Shown: positions 1 through 11,767 of the stretch, in pieces
Layout: the number at the start of each line of letters is the position of its first letter
Position numbering within the stretch: the first letter of the stretch is position 1
Source: Fistulifera solaris
Lineage: Eukaryota
Assembly: GCA_030295235.1 (NCBI GenBank)
Contig: AP026150.1
Location: 372,001-436,000 of the forward strand
Reading direction: 5' to 3'
DNA length: 64,000 nt
The notes under the pieces: generated by a model
Told to the model about the DNA's origin: nothing
Seen by the model: the letters and a program-made list of their open reading frames with translations, nothing else
Database searches by the model: none
Position numbers and translations under genes: made by a program

Positions 1-1395
1 ATTCTGTTTCTCCAAAGCCCTTTTCATTTCATCGTACATTCGTCGAGCCTGTGAAAAGGTGAGCGTGCCACAACGAAAAGCAAGAATAAAATTTGAATAC
101 AATACAGTCCACAAACCTTCAAGTCATCTTCGACGCCAGCTCGCGTCTCTTCAAGCTGTAATTTCACCAATTGAAACTGATCCATCAAATCGTTTTCTAC
201 GCTGATACCATTGTGCAGAAGACTGAATGGAAGGGGGACAAAAGTTACAACAACAACAACAATGAGCAGCCAAGTATCAATGCGCAAGCCCAACTCTCTC
301 CTGTATTTTTGGAAACCTACCTGTATTCACTCTCCGCTTGAAGACGCTGGAAACCTTGTCGCTGCGCTTCATTCTTGGCAACAGCTTCGTGTGGATATGT
401 TGTACCATTGTTGTCTTGATAGACATTGCTATATAGACATTCCAAGAAATGGCATACGACTCCGTGCTCACTTTGTATTCCTTGGCTGGCATGTTGGTTC
501 AGGTGCGCCATGAAGTCTTTCGGGCGCATACGGGCATTGGAGCTACAAATTGATCGTCCCAGCTTTAATTTCTCTCCCATGGGACAGGCACACCACATAT
601 CGAAATCGTGTACCGCTAAACACTGAAAGCCGAAATGGACCGCTGGATGCTCAGCTACTTTTTGTAGAAGAATGCGCTGTGCCAACAACGGATCCGCGGT
701 TGTATTTGTTGGCCTCACATCCATGCGATCTCTATCCAAACTGTCATCGGTGTCGTCGTAACAAGAGTCGTCGTCGTCGTCGTCATCATCCGAAGGAGAC
801 GCAGCTGGCAGGTGCCGCGCAAGGTCCGCCTGTAATTTGTCAATGACGATGGAATAGCTTAGTTGTAAACGTTTTTTGAAATCTTGTTCGTATTTGTAGG
901 GAGGCAATGTTTGCAAGGCTTGCTGTTCCGATGGAAACTGTGTGTGTATATATATGTGACGACAAATTATATGAGGGTGCTTTTCAAAAAGAAAAGAGAG
1001 ATAGAGAGAGCTTTACAATCAATCAAAAAAGAATGACTTACTGTAGCAAGGAGTTGGTTTTGAAGAATTTCAGGATCATTCCAGTATCCCGTAGTAGCCT
1101 CACGGAAAGGAAGATAGGGGTCATGACTCTCATCGATATTCACGAGGGACTCTTCAGGGGCCATGCAAGCAGCCGGATTCACCGTGATGTCACCCTGCTT
1201 TTCAACCGTTAAATTCTGTTTTGTTGCGTTTGATAATGATGATGCAAACGCCGCATTTTTCGTAGTAGCATTCGGTTGGTTGTTCTTGTCATAGCCATGG
1301 CTCGGATCGTTCTGGTTGTGACCGGTTTTTTGTCGCTTATTATTGTGATCAAAGTCATGATCATTCCGCGAATTGGAGTTTTGATTATTATTCAT
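1..1395 (-). CDS. Multi-exon hypothetical protein (Asn-rich N-terminus, acidic tract, Cys/His cluster, coiled-coil-like C-part); runs off window start
   Basis: ORFs 967..1563, 317..916 and 24..293 join in frame through GT-AG introns at ~938-1041, ~202-320 and ~49-116; likely start MNNNQ at 1395. Confidence 0.6.
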
Positions 1396-1812
1396 ATTGT
1401 TGAAGATATTTCGCTCTTGGGTTGTGTTTCTCTTTCTTTCTTGTCCTTGTCCTTGATGAAACGGACACAAATCAAAAAAAAAAATGAAAGGTCGATGTTT
1501 GCGATCTTTTTGAAAACGGGTGTGACTGTGCCTCTCTATACAAAAATCCAAGGAGGCCTTCATTATTTTTCACCTTAAAAAGGACTGAGTACCGGTGCCC
1601 CGTACGTACCACGTACCGTACAATCCGCCAAGAAAGCGACGTTTCGAAACGGGGGTTATTATTATTCCATTTTCGTTTAGATCGTCCATATATATTCCAA
1701 TCAAACGCAACAAAGTTACAGCAAATCAAGAACATTCATCCCCCCCCAAAAAAAAACGTAGATGCATATATAGGAAATAGAAAGAGAAAAACAACCAGCA
1801 ACCAGCAACAAA

Positions 1813-2691
1813 ATGAACTCGTTCGAAGACACACCAACACAAGACCCGACTTTCACCAGCAATGACGATGCAGCCGAAGACGACGACGACGACGAAGAGG
1901 AAGATGACGAAGAGGAAGAAGACGAAGAAGATGATGATGCTACGGCTCCTCGCAATTACAACAATGCAGATGACAAACACTTACACATCAATGCGGTTCC
2001 GAATTTAGACAGTCTCACCGGTTTGCGTGATTTGAGTTCGGATGTCGTTTGCTGGCAATTGTCGAGTGCCAAGCCGGGGAATGGGGTCGAACAAATATTA
2101 GACGATTCAACCGAAACATACTGGCAGTCGGATGGACAGGCACAGCCGCATTGGATGCAAGTGCATTTTTCGCGGCGCGTAGCGATTAGTCACGTGTGTC
2201 TGTATCTCGATTTTCATTTGGACGAATCGTATACACCCAAAAAAGTATCCGTGCAAGCCGGAATGACGCAGCAGGATTTGTGGGACGCCATTCCTGTAGT
2301 GGAGTTGACCGAACCGTCGGGATGGTGTATATTGCGTTTACAGGCTCCACCGGATCCGTTGGATGATTTGGGCGGCGGGGACGAGGAGGATGGTTCACCT
2401 GCACAAGATAAGGAAAATGGAGACAATGATCACTTGCTGGGTGCTACTGCGTTTTCCCAATCGTACAAGAATGTCATTCGCGCACATTTAATAAGGATTT
2501 CGATACAATCGATGCATCAGAACGGTAGGGACACCCACGTTCGGAAGCTGCGGCTGTTTGGGCCTCGAATGAATCAGTGGTCATCGTCCGAGCCGATGCA
2601 GATTTCGTCGCCGAACAACTCCTTGCAACATCCAGTCGTCGAGCGTACACGAACTTTCGAAATGGGGCACTGGTTTCCTTCCATTCGGTAA
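1813..2691 (+). CDS. APC10: Anaphase-promoting complex subunit 10 (DOC domain)
   Basis: WQLSSAKPGNGVEQILDDSTETYWQSDG, DESYTP and HQNGRDTHVR motifs of APC10/DOC1. Confidence 0.93.
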   Translation: MNSFEDTPTQDPTFTSNDDAAEDDDDDEEEDDEEEEDEEDDDATAPRNYNNADDKHLHINAVPNLDSLTGLRDLSSDVVCWQLSSAKPGNGVEQILDDSTETYWQSDGQAQPHWMQVHFSRRVAISHVCLYLDFHLDESYTPKKVSVQAGMTQQDLWDAIPVVELTEPSGWCILRLQAPPDPLDDLGGGDEEDGSPAQDKENGDNDHLLGATAFSQSYKNVIRAHLIRISIQSMHQNGRDTHVRKLRLFGPRMNQWSSSEPMQISSPNNSLQHPVVERTRTFEMGHWFPSIR

Positions 2692-2710
2692 CTGTCCTTT
2701 TTTATTTTTT

Positions 2711-5499
2711 TTAAAGTAAGAAATAAGCATGATCGCGTTGTCTAGAGATTTGAGTCTTATTGTATTTGTTAAAAGAAATTTCGCATATACGACAGCCCCA
2801 ATCCATGGAGCTGCTCGCTAACAATAATTTGGTTTGTGCGGTATCTCGAAGTGGTTGCCATGCCAGCTTCGTTACTGTGTCAATGTGACACGCATCGGGT
2901 GGGAATGCCAACACCAGCCGGGGAGGAGTATCGTCTAAAGAGTCTGTCGGAACTTCAAACAGTTCGATTCGTCCGGATTCCAGACCCACGGCTATAACAC
3001 CTCTTCGTTGTCTGTCGTCGTGAACAGGAATGGGTGCAAAGGCCAGCGCCGTCACTGAATCTGGTTTTTGCTGGATCTTAAACGAAGGTGCGAATTGACA
3101 GAGTTCGGTAACTTGCGTGGTCAAGTCCTGTGTATCAATCTTCCATACCTTGATACAACCATCTCGAGAGCCAGAGGTTAATATAGTTTCATCGTAGGGG
3201 CAAAAATCAACCGACCAAATAATGCGTTTATGTGCCGTGTCCTTACTCCAGGATAGCTCAAATAGCTTGCCGGGTGATCCCGTCCTTTCCACAAGCACAA
3301 TCTTCTATCTTTTCCGGAAGACACTAAAAATTGACCATCCGGGGAAAAGGAAAGTGTAGCTACCGTCGATTTATGTCCACCGCTAAGCGTTTGGGCGCAT
3401 TTGCCGGCCTCGACATCCCAAAGACGTACACTAGCTGCTTCGGCATCACGTGCCTTGCACGATGAGGCAACCAAGACATCGCTGAAAAATGACTTCGTTT
3501 TCGGCTCGTACAGAGGACTTGCCGTTCTCGACATAAGTGTCGAGGTGAGACAGAACAGCTCCGTATTGTGCCCGAATAGTTTTCGTGTTTCCGGCCACAA
3601 CGATGCCACTCCTAAATCTCGTTCCAAAGGTAGCTTCACACTCGTCAGACTAAAGGCATCACTCCCCCCTTCACCCTCCATGGCATCGGCTTCTTCCGCC
3701 CGATCGGCGGCACTGGCTTTGTTGCTTAGACCGAGGGAAGGGATAAAAGCCCGATCGACACGTTCGATGTCATCGTCCACTGAGTTGGCCTCTCCGTGAA
3801 TGGTCTGTAGCATACAAAGGGTCGTTCGTGGTGCATCAAATACTCTCAGCTCTTTCTCTTCCGCCCCTGTCACCATCAAGTGCTTGTGTTTTACCGAAGA
3901 AATCGAGGCAATGGAGGTCAAGTTATAACCGTGTACTTGAGGGCGTGCCAACTCCACCCAAATGGAGTCCTTGTCAGATTCTTCGATGGGAGCCCATAAC
4001 CGACAGGTCTGATCGTTACTAACTGTCAATAAATATTCACCTTGCGACGTTTCCCAACAAAGATCCGTGATGCCACCAAAATGCCCAGTGATACAAGGTG
4101 TTGCTTTCCACCGGACAAAGGAGGCACGTTCTTCCAGCGGTAACGAATTCAATTCTTCTTCCTGTTGTTGTGAAATCAATTCGCTGGTCCAAATGTGAAG
4201 GCTTCCTCCATACGCTTGTCCCACCAAGTAGCGTCCATTGGAAGGATTAATCGTAGCACCACAATATCCGAGCAGTGATGAACCTACCGACCCACCTAAA
4301 ATTCCTCCGGCACTTCCCACTCGTGTCAAAGGCGTCCAAATACCTTCCAATGTGGGACCCCACAGCATAATCGCCCGATCCATACTACTGCTAATCAGTA
4401 GCTTATCGTAACCGTACATCGGTTGTGGATTTGTATGCCATTTGACACAAGTCACGCTTTCCTCGTGCCCGACTAACAGCGCCTCTAACGTGACTTTGGT
4501 CACATGTTGCACCAAGTTATTGCTATTCTGCGACGCATTCGGTACGGCGAATTCGATGCGCGATTCTCCTTCTTCATCCTCTTCCACGCCATCTTTATTT
4601 CCTTCACTCAGATCATCATCCGGATCCTCCATATCGTCAGGTACAGTATCGTCTAGCACGCTCGTCACCTTTTCCGTATACGTTCGAAACATCCATAATC
4701 GAATGCGAGCATCCTGACTCGCGGACGCCAGCAACGAATATTCGGTAGAGTGCCACCAATCCATACTCGTAATCCAGTCTTCATGTCCCGATAATGTACC
4801 CACTAAATGCGGAGTCGTCCCGTCTAGACGATACACCCATATTTTGTTGTGTCGAGGATTGGCGGTTCCGATCAAGGCCAAGAGGGATGAATGATGCTGC
4901 TGAAAGGAACACGAGCACACGGCCGAATCCAGCAAAGATACGGTGTCTTGGACCACAATTGTCAAAGAATTGGTGCTAATATGACAAGTGTAGAGGGTTG
5001 CACCCGCAGATGTTCCCGCTAGCACAAAGAGCGTTTCTGTGTTGTTGTTGCCCTCGGCAGTATTAGGATGAACCGTGGGACAAATGGAACCAATCGATCG
5101 ACTCGCCGTCGACAAAACGTGCTCCTTCCACAAAAGTGATTCCGATCGAATCCATACAGCGATCGTTCCGTTAGAGAATCCGCACGCAATTCCATTTCTA
5201 CCGAACACACTCATGGCCGATATCACCGGCCGTTGATCACCCGGAAGAACCGGATTCTGTTCGACAAAAGACGACCGTAATGTCTGCCGCACCGTCCATA
5301 CCGGCTCTTCCTTTTTCCACAAGCGTCGTTCCGCTAAATAAATGAGAGCATTTGATGCGTAAACGAGGGTATCGTTGCCATTGTCGTTTCCTCGAATCCA
5401 GTCAACGGCGTGACGAAAAGACGATGCGGCAGCTCCTTGATGAACGGTGTGAAAGGACGGTGAGTGCGTGCTATTTTCTGGCCCTGAAATTTCTGCCAT
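2711..5499 (-). CDS. ELP2: Elongator complex protein 2 (WD40), one apparent frameshift near 3280
   Basis: GHEDWI, LASASQD..IRLW, ELARPQVHGY, LWPE..KLFGH and AHKRIIWS motifs; ORFs 3178..5499 and 2711..3298 overlap in different frames. Confidence 0.92.
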
Positions 5500-5988
5500 G
5501 ATGTTGATTGATTATAAATCACGAAGAATAGTTGGAATAGGAGTATGATTGTCGTCAAAAAAGAGAGAAAAGAAAAAAGTCGGAAGAGTTTTTTTCTTGG
5601 ACCTCGGACGTTCATGCCGTCTAACCTGGATCCGTGTCAAGATTGACTCATTCAGTCGTCATGTGTAACGGTACAAGTTGACATACAGACGTCCTGTACA
5701 AATCGATCATGACCGAGTTTCAGTCATAAAATTTTTCGAGACAAACTGTACTACCTGGTATAGAGAAACGAAAGAGGAACCCGAATATTTTGTTCGAATA
5801 CCGGTCCAAGTAGAGAAGTCGTGCTAAAAATATGCTGATCACGTTTTCAAGTTCCGCCGCGTGCACCTCATATAGAACTTGGCGACTTTTTTGTGACTTT
5901 CCCTGACGAAAAGTCCAGTCTTCGATTTTGACAACAACATTGCAAGGACAGCACTCTCTACTCTATCCTCCGCAAACATACGACGAAT

Positions 5989-6780
5989 ATGAAACAACAT
6001 AAACGTTCTAAAAAGCAGAACAAGCGCGTCAAAGCAGCCAGCACGACGAGACTAGCTCCGGTTGTTGAAGAGGAAGTCACTGCTACTTTGTCGCTGTCAG
6101 ACGAGCAGCTTACATCGCCATTCCCTCTCTCGTCGTCTTCCACTCTTTCTAACATTGATACTCATCTTACAACTAGCACTATGAGCGAAGTACGGTCGGT
6201 AGAAGGCACGTCATCCGTGTCCGCACAACCATCTCGGCCGCCACTGCAAAACATCGCACCGAATCAGAACCATCGGACGACTGTTTCGAATGCGCACGCA
6301 ACATCTTCTGTAATTCAGAAGCGCTCCGTTCTTTCCCCAGTAAATACAAAAAATACCGCTCCTCCCACGGTGGCAGAGACAGCCACACCACCCGAAGATC
6401 CTCCGGCCGACAAAGTCATTACAACGACGCAGCCTACGCTCGAAATCGTCCTCGGCAAAGTCGTGGAAATTGTCACCGAAGCAGAAAGAAATCAGACCGA
6501 CTTGGAAATTGAACGATTGCAACAACTGGTGGACTTTCTGAACTCCTCGAAAAGTTCAGATACGACGGAATGGTCGTTGACGCATACGGAACTACAACAA
6601 ATGGTGTTGCGCGTCGTCCTGTTGGCGAAAGAATCGGTGCGTCGGGGGACACCGCCACCCACGGGCATGATGGTGTGGCAACAGCCAGACAAAACAACCG
6701 TGAATCTAGCGTGGGCTCCGCCGCACCATGTGCAAATTACCACCGATGGTGTTGTACTGGGAGAACGTCTTTGCATCTAG
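5989..6780 (+). CDS. Hypothetical protein (basic N-terminus, Ser/Thr-rich)
   Basis: 263-aa ATG-initiated ORF, no recognisable domain. Confidence 0.55.
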   Translation: MKQHKRSKKQNKRVKAASTTRLAPVVEEEVTATLSLSDEQLTSPFPLSSSSTLSNIDTHLTTSTMSEVRSVEGTSSVSAQPSRPPLQNIAPNQNHRTTVSNAHATSSVIQKRSVLSPVNTKNTAPPTVAETATPPEDPPADKVITTTQPTLEIVLGKVVEIVTEAERNQTDLEIERLQQLVDFLNSSKSSDTTEWSLTHTELQQMVLRVVLLAKESVRRGTPPPTGMMVWQQPDKTTVNLAWAPPHHVQITTDGVVLGERLCI

Positions 6781-7053
6781 AAACAAAAGCAAATTGCATA
6801 TGAACATTTCGGCGCTTTCCCTATCGAAAAAATATTAAGATTGCATTTAGCATATTAAAAAGGCACGTTCTATACCATTTATACGTTTTATAGTTCATTT
6901 TCTATTTCGCATTTGCGTTCGCTTGAGGTACACACTTTTGCGTATGGGCTATGTGGATATTTCACTTGTGCATTCACCACATTGACATCCTACGGACGTC
7001 ATTTTGCTTACCTCCTAATCTCCATTGCCTATATAAACTCCCAGGGACTAATA

Positions 7054-7701
7054 TTACAGGAACAAAAAGCGAGCCATGGCTCCTCCCGCACTTTGCAAAT
7101 ATGCCGGACTCGTGTCCGCTAAATGTTCCACGTGCAACAATTGTGCTCCATGTTTCAAATACAATTGCGATTCCATCGCGTGTGGCAAAAACAATTCCGC
7201 GAGTTGTTTCCACGCTTCCGCACCATCCCGAAACGTCCCTTGTCCTACCACCGAATGTCCCGGTCGAGGGATGCCCGTGGCAATGGCGTACGCGGCTTGT
7301 TTCGAAATATCGTCCACATCGAGAGACAGTGTCTCCCAATGTTGTGTCACCCAAGCCGATAATCCATACAAAGCACACACGGCTTGTACTTGTTCTCCTT
7401 GGGCCGAACAATCATCGAGAGCACGTTCGACCAAAGGTCCAGCGACATTTTGTAACGTCCATTCGTCGATCGCTGTGTCTTCCGGTGGTGGCGGCTGCTG
7501 CAATAATTTCGCACCAAACATGATATTCCGATGGGCCCGCAGTGATGCCAAAGCATATTGTCGATCTTTCGTACCGGTGGGTAATAGCAAATATTCACGC
7601 GATGTATATTCGTCTCCGATCCGGAGGACCTGCGTGGCGAACGAACGACGACGACGACAACAACACGAGCGAATGCTACGCCGCATCATAACGGCCCACA
7701 T
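7054..7701 (-). CDS. Hypothetical protein with Arg-rich mitochondrial-type presequence
   Basis: 215-aa ORF, N-terminus MWAVMMRRSIRS...RRRRSFAT followed by globular-looking sequence. Confidence 0.6.
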   Translation of the reverse strand: MWAVMMRRSIRSCCCRRRRSFATQVLRIGDEYTSREYLLLPTGTKDRQYALASLRAHRNIMFGAKLLQQPPPPEDTAIDEWTLQNVAGPLVERALDDCSAQGEQVQAVCALYGLSAWVTQHWETLSLDVDDISKQAAYAIATGIPRPGHSVVGQGTFRDGAEAWKQLAELFLPHAMESQLYLKHGAQLLHVEHLADTSPAYLQSAGGAMARFLFL

Positions 7702-8311
7702 CCTACCAATCCCGTAGTCAAGAAGACGAAAAAGGACGGAACTGTATTAAAGGGAAATAGATAGACAGACTTCCCTTGTAATGAAGAGTGAAAGGAGACT
7801 ACCTTTTGTTGATGACAAATGATAGATTTGTGAGGTTTTTATGACGGCACCTCAATTTTATACCGAGTACAAGTAGTAGTATACAGCAAAATGTAAGCGA
7901 CACATGGTCCGACTGCATTCCTTTCCAGTCCCGTGTCTTGTTCATTTTCTAAATTCTGTTCTTTTCGGACCTACGTGAAGTTTACCATAGATTGAAGGCC
8001 ACAATTTCAGTCGTTAATATTATTGTTTTAGCTGCAATAGTATTTGTAGCTCACACATCGATTCATGACGTCGAAAAACTTTTCCAAAACGTTGCCTTTC
8101 GTATTTACTATCAGCCAATGTGTTGGTTTAGGAGATCAAGAGAAAATTTTTCGAGCTCGAAGCTGCTTGTCTAGCTATTCATACTTTGTTCATTGTGCAT
8201 GCTTGTAACTGTAAACTTTCAAGTCTTTATTACAATAACACTAGCCACAATGGCATTTGCGATACACAATTGAGCACTCTTGTCTCTTATTACTGTTAGG
8301 TATGTCTAGAC

Positions 8312-11170
8312 TTAATACAAATCCACCCGGCCCGACGAGAACACACGTCGATGAGCGTGTTTCGCTTTGCCCGGGTGCGACGGCGAACGCAATTGTTCCA
8401 ACGCGGGTTCGTACTCAAACAATAAGTTGTTTTTCTCTAAATGTCGAATTTGCTCCACGTCAGCTTTGAGAATGGCTTCATCGTGATGCATCAGGATGAC
8501 GCTACCAATTCCGGTAAACAAATCAATGGTGTAATCCACTTTGGTGCCCGGCTTGACACCCGTCTCTAGGTACACAAAGGAGGGTAGTGTACGAATCGTG
8601 TCGAATCCGGGTGTGGATTTGACAATGCCGCGGGCATACGAAACCAGAATGACTTCTTGGCCGGCAGCCTTGAAAGGACTCGGCGGTATACTGGGCAAGG
8701 TCAAAAACGCTTGCTTGTCCAAATAGGCATCGACGGAGGAATCCACCTGAGAATGGCCTCCCGTTAATGCGCGACACAAAGGTCGCCAATTGCCATCGCC
8801 ACCATGTGCACGGCAGTTCATCTCCACCAGACACGGACCATCAGGGGTCATCATGACTTCACCATGCGATGGACCATTTTTGAATTCCAGAGCATCCAAC
8901 ACTTTCCGAACGTAAGGAATCAGAATCTTTGCTTCGGGAGAATCCGAGGGTACTGGGATCATTCCAAAGTAAACAAAAGCAGCTCCATTGGTCTCACGTT
9001 TGTCGTAAACCCACACCATGGATGTTTTGTGCACACCGTCGCGAGAAACGTGATCCACGACGTATTCTTTCCCTCGAAGAAATTCCTGGCAAAGAACAGC
9101 AGGACAATCGCCACCGTTCACCAGCTGTGATTTCATTAACACATCAAAATGCTCTTTTGCTTCGTTGAAATCGTGACATAGCTTGACACCATCTGAACCA
9201 GCACTCTCAGTAGGCTTCAATACTACTGGATAGCTCTCGGTGCGTAAAAAGTGTTCCACTTCAGCAAACGTTGTACCGGCCGCTTGACGAATCGATCGCA
9301 TGCCCTTGGCCGCAATCAGTTCTTGCTGAATCTTCTTGTCTCGGCGATTCGGGATACCGGTACCATTCGAACGCACATTCATCCGCTCCGACAACTGATC
9401 CGCCAAATCGACACCAGCCTCCCCACCAGCAATGCATGCGACAACGCGAAGAGTTCCCGCTGCCTTGATGACCAATTTTTCCGTATCGGCTAACCCTGTT
9501 TTCGGTTCCGTGACTTCGGCATGATACGTCAAGGATGTGCAGCTCAACGGAATGTGCTTCTTCATTTCTTCTGAAAAGCCATCGGTCCACAGTGCGATCA
9601 CTTTGTATCCCCGTTTGAAGATTTCTTCCGCCACCAAACAACCAGTGGAGTACGGGTCTACCACGACAACCACTTCCTTCGAGGCATCCACGGTCGTCAT
9701 ACGTCGTATCAGTCCACCACGAAGCTCCGGACGATCATTGGACATGTGGCGTACTAAATTCGGACCATCGGAAGAAAAGGGGTATTGAATGATCTTGGGT
9801 TCCAAGATACTTGGCATGACGTACGAGTCACCGCGAGGCCGTTTGAGCGCTTCGAGACGTGTTTCGTAGGTAAAGAAGCCATTAATTTCCTCCAAGTAAC
9901 GAATAAAATCCACATCTTTCTGTAATACCTGAGGGTCTTCATGCATCAGAATAGCACTACCGATTCCTGTCACTAGATCCGTCGTGTAGTCTACATACGA
10001 GCCTTCTTTGATACCCGTCTCCAGATATACAAAGGACGGCAAGCATCGAATCACATCGTATCCGGGAGTGCCTTTAACTTTTCCTTTCGAGTACGAGACC
10101 AGAATAATTTCTTGTCCAGCAGCTTTGAACGGACTCGGAGGTCGTTCCGGATACCGATGGAAAGCTTCTTCATCGAGAAGGGCGTCGACAGCCCCTTCGA
10201 CCTGCGAGAATCCTCCCGTCAAAGCACGACAGAGAGGCCGCCAGTTCCCATCCCCGCCATGCGCACGACAGTTCATTTCCACCAAGCATGGACCATCTGC
10301 TGTCATCATGACTTCTCCATGAGAAGCTCCATTTTTGAACTCGAGTGCGTCCAAAACAGTTCGAACATAGGGGATCAAAATTCTGGCTTCCTCGGATTCG
10401 CTATCCACGGGCAACATACCAAAATAGACAAAGGCGGATCCATTCGCTTGCCGTTTGTCGTACACCCACACCATGGTCGTCTTATGAACGCCATCACGTG
10501 AGACATGATCAACTACATACTCCTTTCCCCGCAAGAATTCTTGACACAGTACGGCTGGACACTCTCCTCCATTGACCAACTGCGATTGCATCAATGTATG
10601 AAAATGCTCCACCGCTTCTTCGTATGTATGGCACAGCTTGACTCCATCTGACCCAGCCGATTCGGTCGGTTTCAAAACAATCGGATATGGCTCGGTGCGC
10701 AAGAATTCTTCCACTTGACTCAATTCGTCTCCGGCCGCTTGACGCACCGATCGCAAACCCGCCGCCTTGGCCAATTCTTGTTGAATTTTCTTGTCACGAC
10801 GATTCGGAATGGCCGTCCCGTTGGTGCGAACACCGAGTGCTTCCGACAAAGCGTCCGCCAGGTCGACTCCGGCTTCTCCTCCCGCCAAGCATCCCACAAT
10901 GGGCAATCCAGTGTGCAAGACAGCTTCTTTGGTTTGTTCGTGTGTGGCTTTTTCTTCCAACACATAATCGTACGTCAATTTCCCACACGATATGGGAACA
11001 TGAGCTTTCATTTCTTCCGAGAATCCTTTCGTCCAGAGGCAAATAAGTCGATATCCTCGACGAAGGATTTCTTGGGCGACGAGACATCCTGTCGAATATG
11101 GATCGACAATTACGACGGCTTGTGGGTCCTCTAATTGCGTCATGCCGCTTTCCATTGACTGAGGAGGCAT
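8312..11170 (-). CDS. Double ATP-grasp domain protein (L-amino-acid ligase / NikS-DdaF-BacD-like), copy A
   Basis: Two internal repeats each with VIVDPYSTG, RRDK, VLKPTESAGSDGV, QEFLRGKEYVVD and HGEV...LVEMNCR ATP-grasp signatures; likely start MPPQS at 11170. Confidence 0.88.
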   Translation of the reverse strand: MPPQSMESGMTQLEDPQAVVIVDPYSTGCLVAQEILRRGYRLICLWTKGFSEEMKAHVPISCGKLTYDYVLEEKATHEQTKEAVLHTGLPIVGCLAGGEAGVDLADALSEALGVRTNGTAIPNRRDKKIQQELAKAAGLRSVRQAAGDELSQVEEFLRTEPYPIVLKPTESAGSDGVKLCHTYEEAVEHFHTLMQSQLVNGGECPAVLCQEFLRGKEYVVDHVSRDGVHKTTMVWVYDKRQANGSAFVYFGMLPVDSESEEARILIPYVRTVLDALEFKNGASHGEVMMTADGPCLVEMNCRAHGGDGNWRPLCRALTGGFSQVEGAVDALLDEEAFHRYPERPPSPFKAAGQEIILVSYSKGKVKGTPGYDVIRCLPSFVYLETGIKEGSYVDYTTDLVTGIGSAILMHEDPQVLQKDVDFIRYLEEINGFFTYETRLEALKRPRGDSYVMPSILEPKIIQYPFSSDGPNLVRHMSNDRPELRGGLIRRMTTVDASKEVVVVVDPYSTGCLVAEEIFKRGYKVIALWTDGFSEEMKKHIPLSCTSLTYHAEVTEPKTGLADTEKLVIKAAGTLRVVACIAGGEAGVDLADQLSERMNVRSNGTGIPNRRDKKIQQELIAAKGMRSIRQAAGTTFAEVEHFLRTESYPVVLKPTESAGSDGVKLCHDFNEAKEHFDVLMKSQLVNGGDCPAVLCQEFLRGKEYVVDHVSRDGVHKTSMVWVYDKRETNGAAFVYFGMIPVPSDSPEAKILIPYVRKVLDALEFKNGPSHGEVMMTPDGPCLVEMNCRAHGGDGNWRPLCRALTGGHSQVDSSVDAYLDKQAFLTLPSIPPSPFKAAGQEVILVSYARGIVKSTPGFDTIRTLPSFVYLETGVKPGTKVDYTIDLFTGIGSVILMHHDEAILKADVEQIRHLEKNNLLFEYEPALEQLRSPSHPGKAKHAHRRVFSSGRVDLY

Positions 11171-11767
11171 ATTAGTTGTTACTTTTCTAAGAAAATATTG
11201 ATTAGCTTCTAAAATAGACTTTTCCAGCGAGAAAGAAAGAAATGCATTAAAGCGAACAACCGACAGAGATGCCAAAAAAAAAAGATTTGCGGGTTTTCTT
11301 CTTATACGTGTGTATTTCGGGGAACATTTTCACTGGCCGACGTGTGACTCCGAATGTAAGATTCGGTACTGATCACTATGGATATTGGTGAGGACAACTT
11401 GTCGTACCGAACATGTCACCACCACTCATTAGCAGCTGGTGAAAGTTCAACGATTGCCGCAGACGGAACGGATGGCAGGCGATGGAAGAAAAAGTGACGG
11501 AAAAAGTTCGGCACTTGTGCCACAGGCCCAATCTGCAAGTGCAAGAATGATTTCGAAGGAAGGTGTGACGTGAAGAAGGCTCCCTCGCTACCAGTACGTA
11601 GAGATATGAATCGTGAACTAAACTGTTTGCTCGGTCTATTCGGAAATAGCTAAGGTTAGCTATAGGACACAAGCACACGTAGCTCGTCTAGTCTGCAAAA
11701 GATGAAGACTCACTTCAAAATTCTTCAGAAAAGCTATCTTAATATTACTGTCCCGGCAACCTTAGCT

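Noticed and set aside
3260..3300. Programmed ribosomal frameshifting in ELP2 and other genes
   Set aside because: Breaks are numerous, in unrelated genes and mostly in homopolymers; sequencing error is more parsimonious
7076..7717. Long antisense ORFs (also 29417..30040, 42482..43099, 44055..44645)
   Set aside because: Shadows of better-supported genes on the opposite strand
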